From NCBI GenBank assembly GCA_964400085.1, contig CAYNTW010000010.1, positions 14,342-78,341 of the forward strand: a stretch of 64,000 nucleotides of DNA, written 5' to 3'. The DNA comes from an uncultured Steroidobacteraceae bacterium. GTDB lineage: Bacteria > Pseudomonadota > Gammaproteobacteria > Steroidobacterales > Steroidobacteraceae. The translations under genes were made by a program, and so were the position numbers. Below the pieces are notes generated by a model. That model saw only the letters and a program-made list of their open reading frames with translations. It was not told the DNA's origin and did not search any database. Positions 62,342 to 64,000 of the stretch are shown here, piece by piece (position 1 is the first letter of the stretch; each line of letters begins with the position of its first letter).

Positions 62342-64000
62342 ATGAGCTCTCGCTGGACCCGCCGAAAACTTCTGGCTACCTCCGCAGCCCTCGCCGCGCC
62401 GGCGCTATGGCGGCCGAGACTCCTTCTCGCCCAAGCTGCGCCCACAACCTACACCACAACTACTCCGCCCTACGTCGAGGTCGACACCGCTCAAGGACGC
62501 GTGCGCGGAGGTCACAGCCGTGGCGCCCTCGCATTCAAGGGGATTCCTTACGCGGGCGCGGTCACTGGAGCGGCACGTTTCAAAGAAGCGCCGCCACCGC
62601 AACCCTGGACTGGCGTGCGCGATGCTCTGAAGCTCGGACCACCCTCGATGCAAGGGCCCGGTACGACCTACGGTGAGAACGAGCCTGCCTACAGTGAGAA
62701 CTGCCTGGTGCTCAATGTCTGGACGCCTGCCGTCAAGGACGGACACAAGCGCCCCGTCATGGTCTATTGCCACGGCGGTGGGTACGTGACCGGATCAGGG
62801 GGCTCGAAAGACATCGACGGCTCACACCTCGCCGCCCATTACGACGTCGTGGTCGTAACGACCAACCATCGACTGGGTCTGTTGGGTTACCTTTACCTGG
62901 GAGAGCTCGGGGGCGAGGAATACGCGACCTCCGGCAACCAGGGCATGCTCGATATCGTGGCAGCCCTGCGTTGGACGAAGACCAACATCGAGGCGTTCGG
63001 CGGCAATCCTGACAATGTGATGGTCTTCGGGGAGTCCGGCGGCGGGTTCAAAGTCGGGACTCTGCTGGCGATGCCCTCCGCGCAGGGACTGTTCCACAAG
63101 GCTTCGATCGAGAGTGGCGCGGCGCTGCGCCGCGTGGCCAAGGAAGATGCGACGGAAACAGCCCGTCGTGTGCTGAAGGGCTTGGGTATCGGCCCCCACG
63201 AGTTGCACAAGCTCGCGGATGTGCCCGCGCAGGAGCTCATCAAAATCCAACTTCAAGCCGATCACGACCAAGGACCTATGTTCCAGCCCTCGGGCGCACC
63301 GGGTGCACAGACGGCGCATGCCCCCGCGTTGGGACCCGTGGTTGACGGGCGAATCCTTCCTCGACACCCGTTCGATCCGGACGCGCCGCCGACAGCCGCG
63401 CAAATTCCGCTGATCGTCGGCTTCAATCACGACGAGGAAACATTCTTCGTCAAGGAGCACCCCGAAGTGTTTCACCTCGACGAAGCCGCGCTCGTGTCCG
63501 CAGCCCACAAGAGGCTCGGCGCGAATGCCGATCGGATCCTGTCGGTCTATAAGAGCGCCTACCCGAAGGCTTCGCCGACGGAGCTCTACATCGCAATCGG
63601 TACGGCCCTGAGGTTTGGCAATGACACCATCTGGCTTGCCGAACGCAAGTCGGCGCAACCCGCACCCGTGTACGTCTATCGCTACGACTACCGTTCGAAC
63701 TACCCGATCCCGGGCACGGACTGGACCCTTCGCGCAGGTCACGCAACCGAAATCGCCATGAAATTCGACAATGCCGATATTCCATCGCTCGAGGGAAACG
63801 GGCCCGGGGCGGCCGAGACGGCGAAGAACATGAGCCTGTTGTGGACCCGTTTCGCGCGCACCGGACGACCGGACGCGCCGGGTCTACCCACTTGGCCCCG
63901 ATACGATCTCAAGAGCCGCGCGACCATGATCATTGATGCGAAATGCCGGGTGGAGAACGATCCCGACCACGACATACGAGAGCTCTGGGCAAGCCTTCCC
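62342..64000 (+). CDS. type-B carboxylesterase/lipase family protein, Tat-signal, 3' end beyond window
   Basis: Not in the ORF track because there is no stop in the window. My translation from the ATG at 62342 is MSSRWTRRKLLATSAALAAP...GIPYAG...VMVYCHGGGYVTGSG...VMVFGESGGGFKVG (oxyanion HGGG and nucleophile GESGG). Confidence 0.8.
   Translation, partial: MSSRWTRRKLLATSAALAAPALWRPRLLLAQAAPTTYTTTTPPYVEVDTAQGRVRGGHSRGALAFKGIPYAGAVTGAARFKEAPPPQPWTGVRDALKLGPPSMQGPGTTYGENEPAYSENCLVLNVWTPAVKDGHKRPVMVYCHGGGYVTGSGGSKDIDGSHLAAHYDVVVVTTNHRLGLLGYLYLGELGGEEYATSGNQGMLDIVAALRWTKTNIEAFGGNPDNVMVFGESGGGFKVGTLLAMPSAQGLFHKASIESGAALRRVAKEDATETARRVLKGLGIGPHELHKLADVPAQELIKIQLQADHDQGPMFQPSGAPGAQTAHAPALGPVVDGRILPRHPFDPDAPPTAAQIPLIVGFNHDEETFFVKEHPEVFHLDEAALVSAAHKRLGANADRILSVYKSAYPKASPTELYIAIGTALRFGNDTIWLAERKSAQPAPVYVYRYDYRSNYPIPGTDWTLRAGHATEIAMKFDNADIPSLEGNGPGAAETAKNMSLLWTRFARTGRPDAPGLPTWPRYDLKSRATMIIDAKCRVENDPDHDIRELWASLP

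Noticed and set aside
1-64000. Search for mauG (dihaem), amicyanin/azurin, an IorA-type [2Fe-2S] subunit, mobile elements, CRISPR arrays, tRNA/rRNA and defence systems
   Set aside because: None were found by eye. The only CXXCH-containing products are the two monohaem cytochromes and the tetrahaem fusion. There are no transposase, integrase or recombinase-like translations, no spaced direct-repeat arrays and no cloverleaf-like segments. Absence is limited to this window and to visual inspection.

Overview
High-GC, proteobacterial-looking chromosomal segment with about 52 protein-coding genes and one decayed regulator gene. I found no rRNA, tRNA, CRISPR, transposase, integrase or phage genes. 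Gene density is high and many neighbouring genes share 4-nt ATGA stop/start overlaps. The content is periplasm and outer-membrane oriented catabolism. Four TonB-dependent receptors each sit next to hydrolases or catabolic enzymes (tannase/feruloyl esterase, amidohydrolase, amine-catabolic enzymes, GH3/GH51/carboxylesterase nearby). The most notable content is two separate, clearly diverged TTQ (tryptophan tryptophylquinone) amine dehydrogenase loci. Locus 2 (20.3-24.7 kb) has the aromatic-amine-dehydrogenase-type order: LuxR regulator, heavy chain, MauE, MauD, light chain, monohaem cytochrome c. Locus 1 is split. Heavy chain, light chain and cytochrome c form one minus-strand operon at the left edge (1-2.1 kb). 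Its MauE/MauD pair lies about 7 kb away on the other strand, behind a DAO-family flavoprotein and ahead of a 2OG oxygenase and a secreted peroxiredoxin. Between the two halves lie a TSUP permease, an amino-acid permease translationally coupled to an orphan IorB-type molybdoenzyme subunit, and an unusual membrane protein that fuses a ferric-reductase-like b-haem domain to a tetrahaem cytochrome c3 domain. No MauG-like dihaem protein and no cupredoxin (amicyanin/azurin) is encoded anywhere in the window. The right half carries amine, aldehyde and aromatic catabolism. This includes an omega-transaminase with a ThDP enzyme, and an APH-type kinase with an ETNPPL/AGXT2L-type phospho-lyase. It also includes an aldehyde dehydrogenase, a cytoplasmic BNR propeller, a one-domain extradiol dioxygenase, a C2/C1-type two-component flavin monooxygenase whose reductase carries a MarR-like tail, and a hydratase. 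Two paralogous SDR-fold proteins there lack the Ser-Tyr-Lys catalytic triad. All start codons are predictions, and functional calls are family-level recognitions made by eye from the translations.
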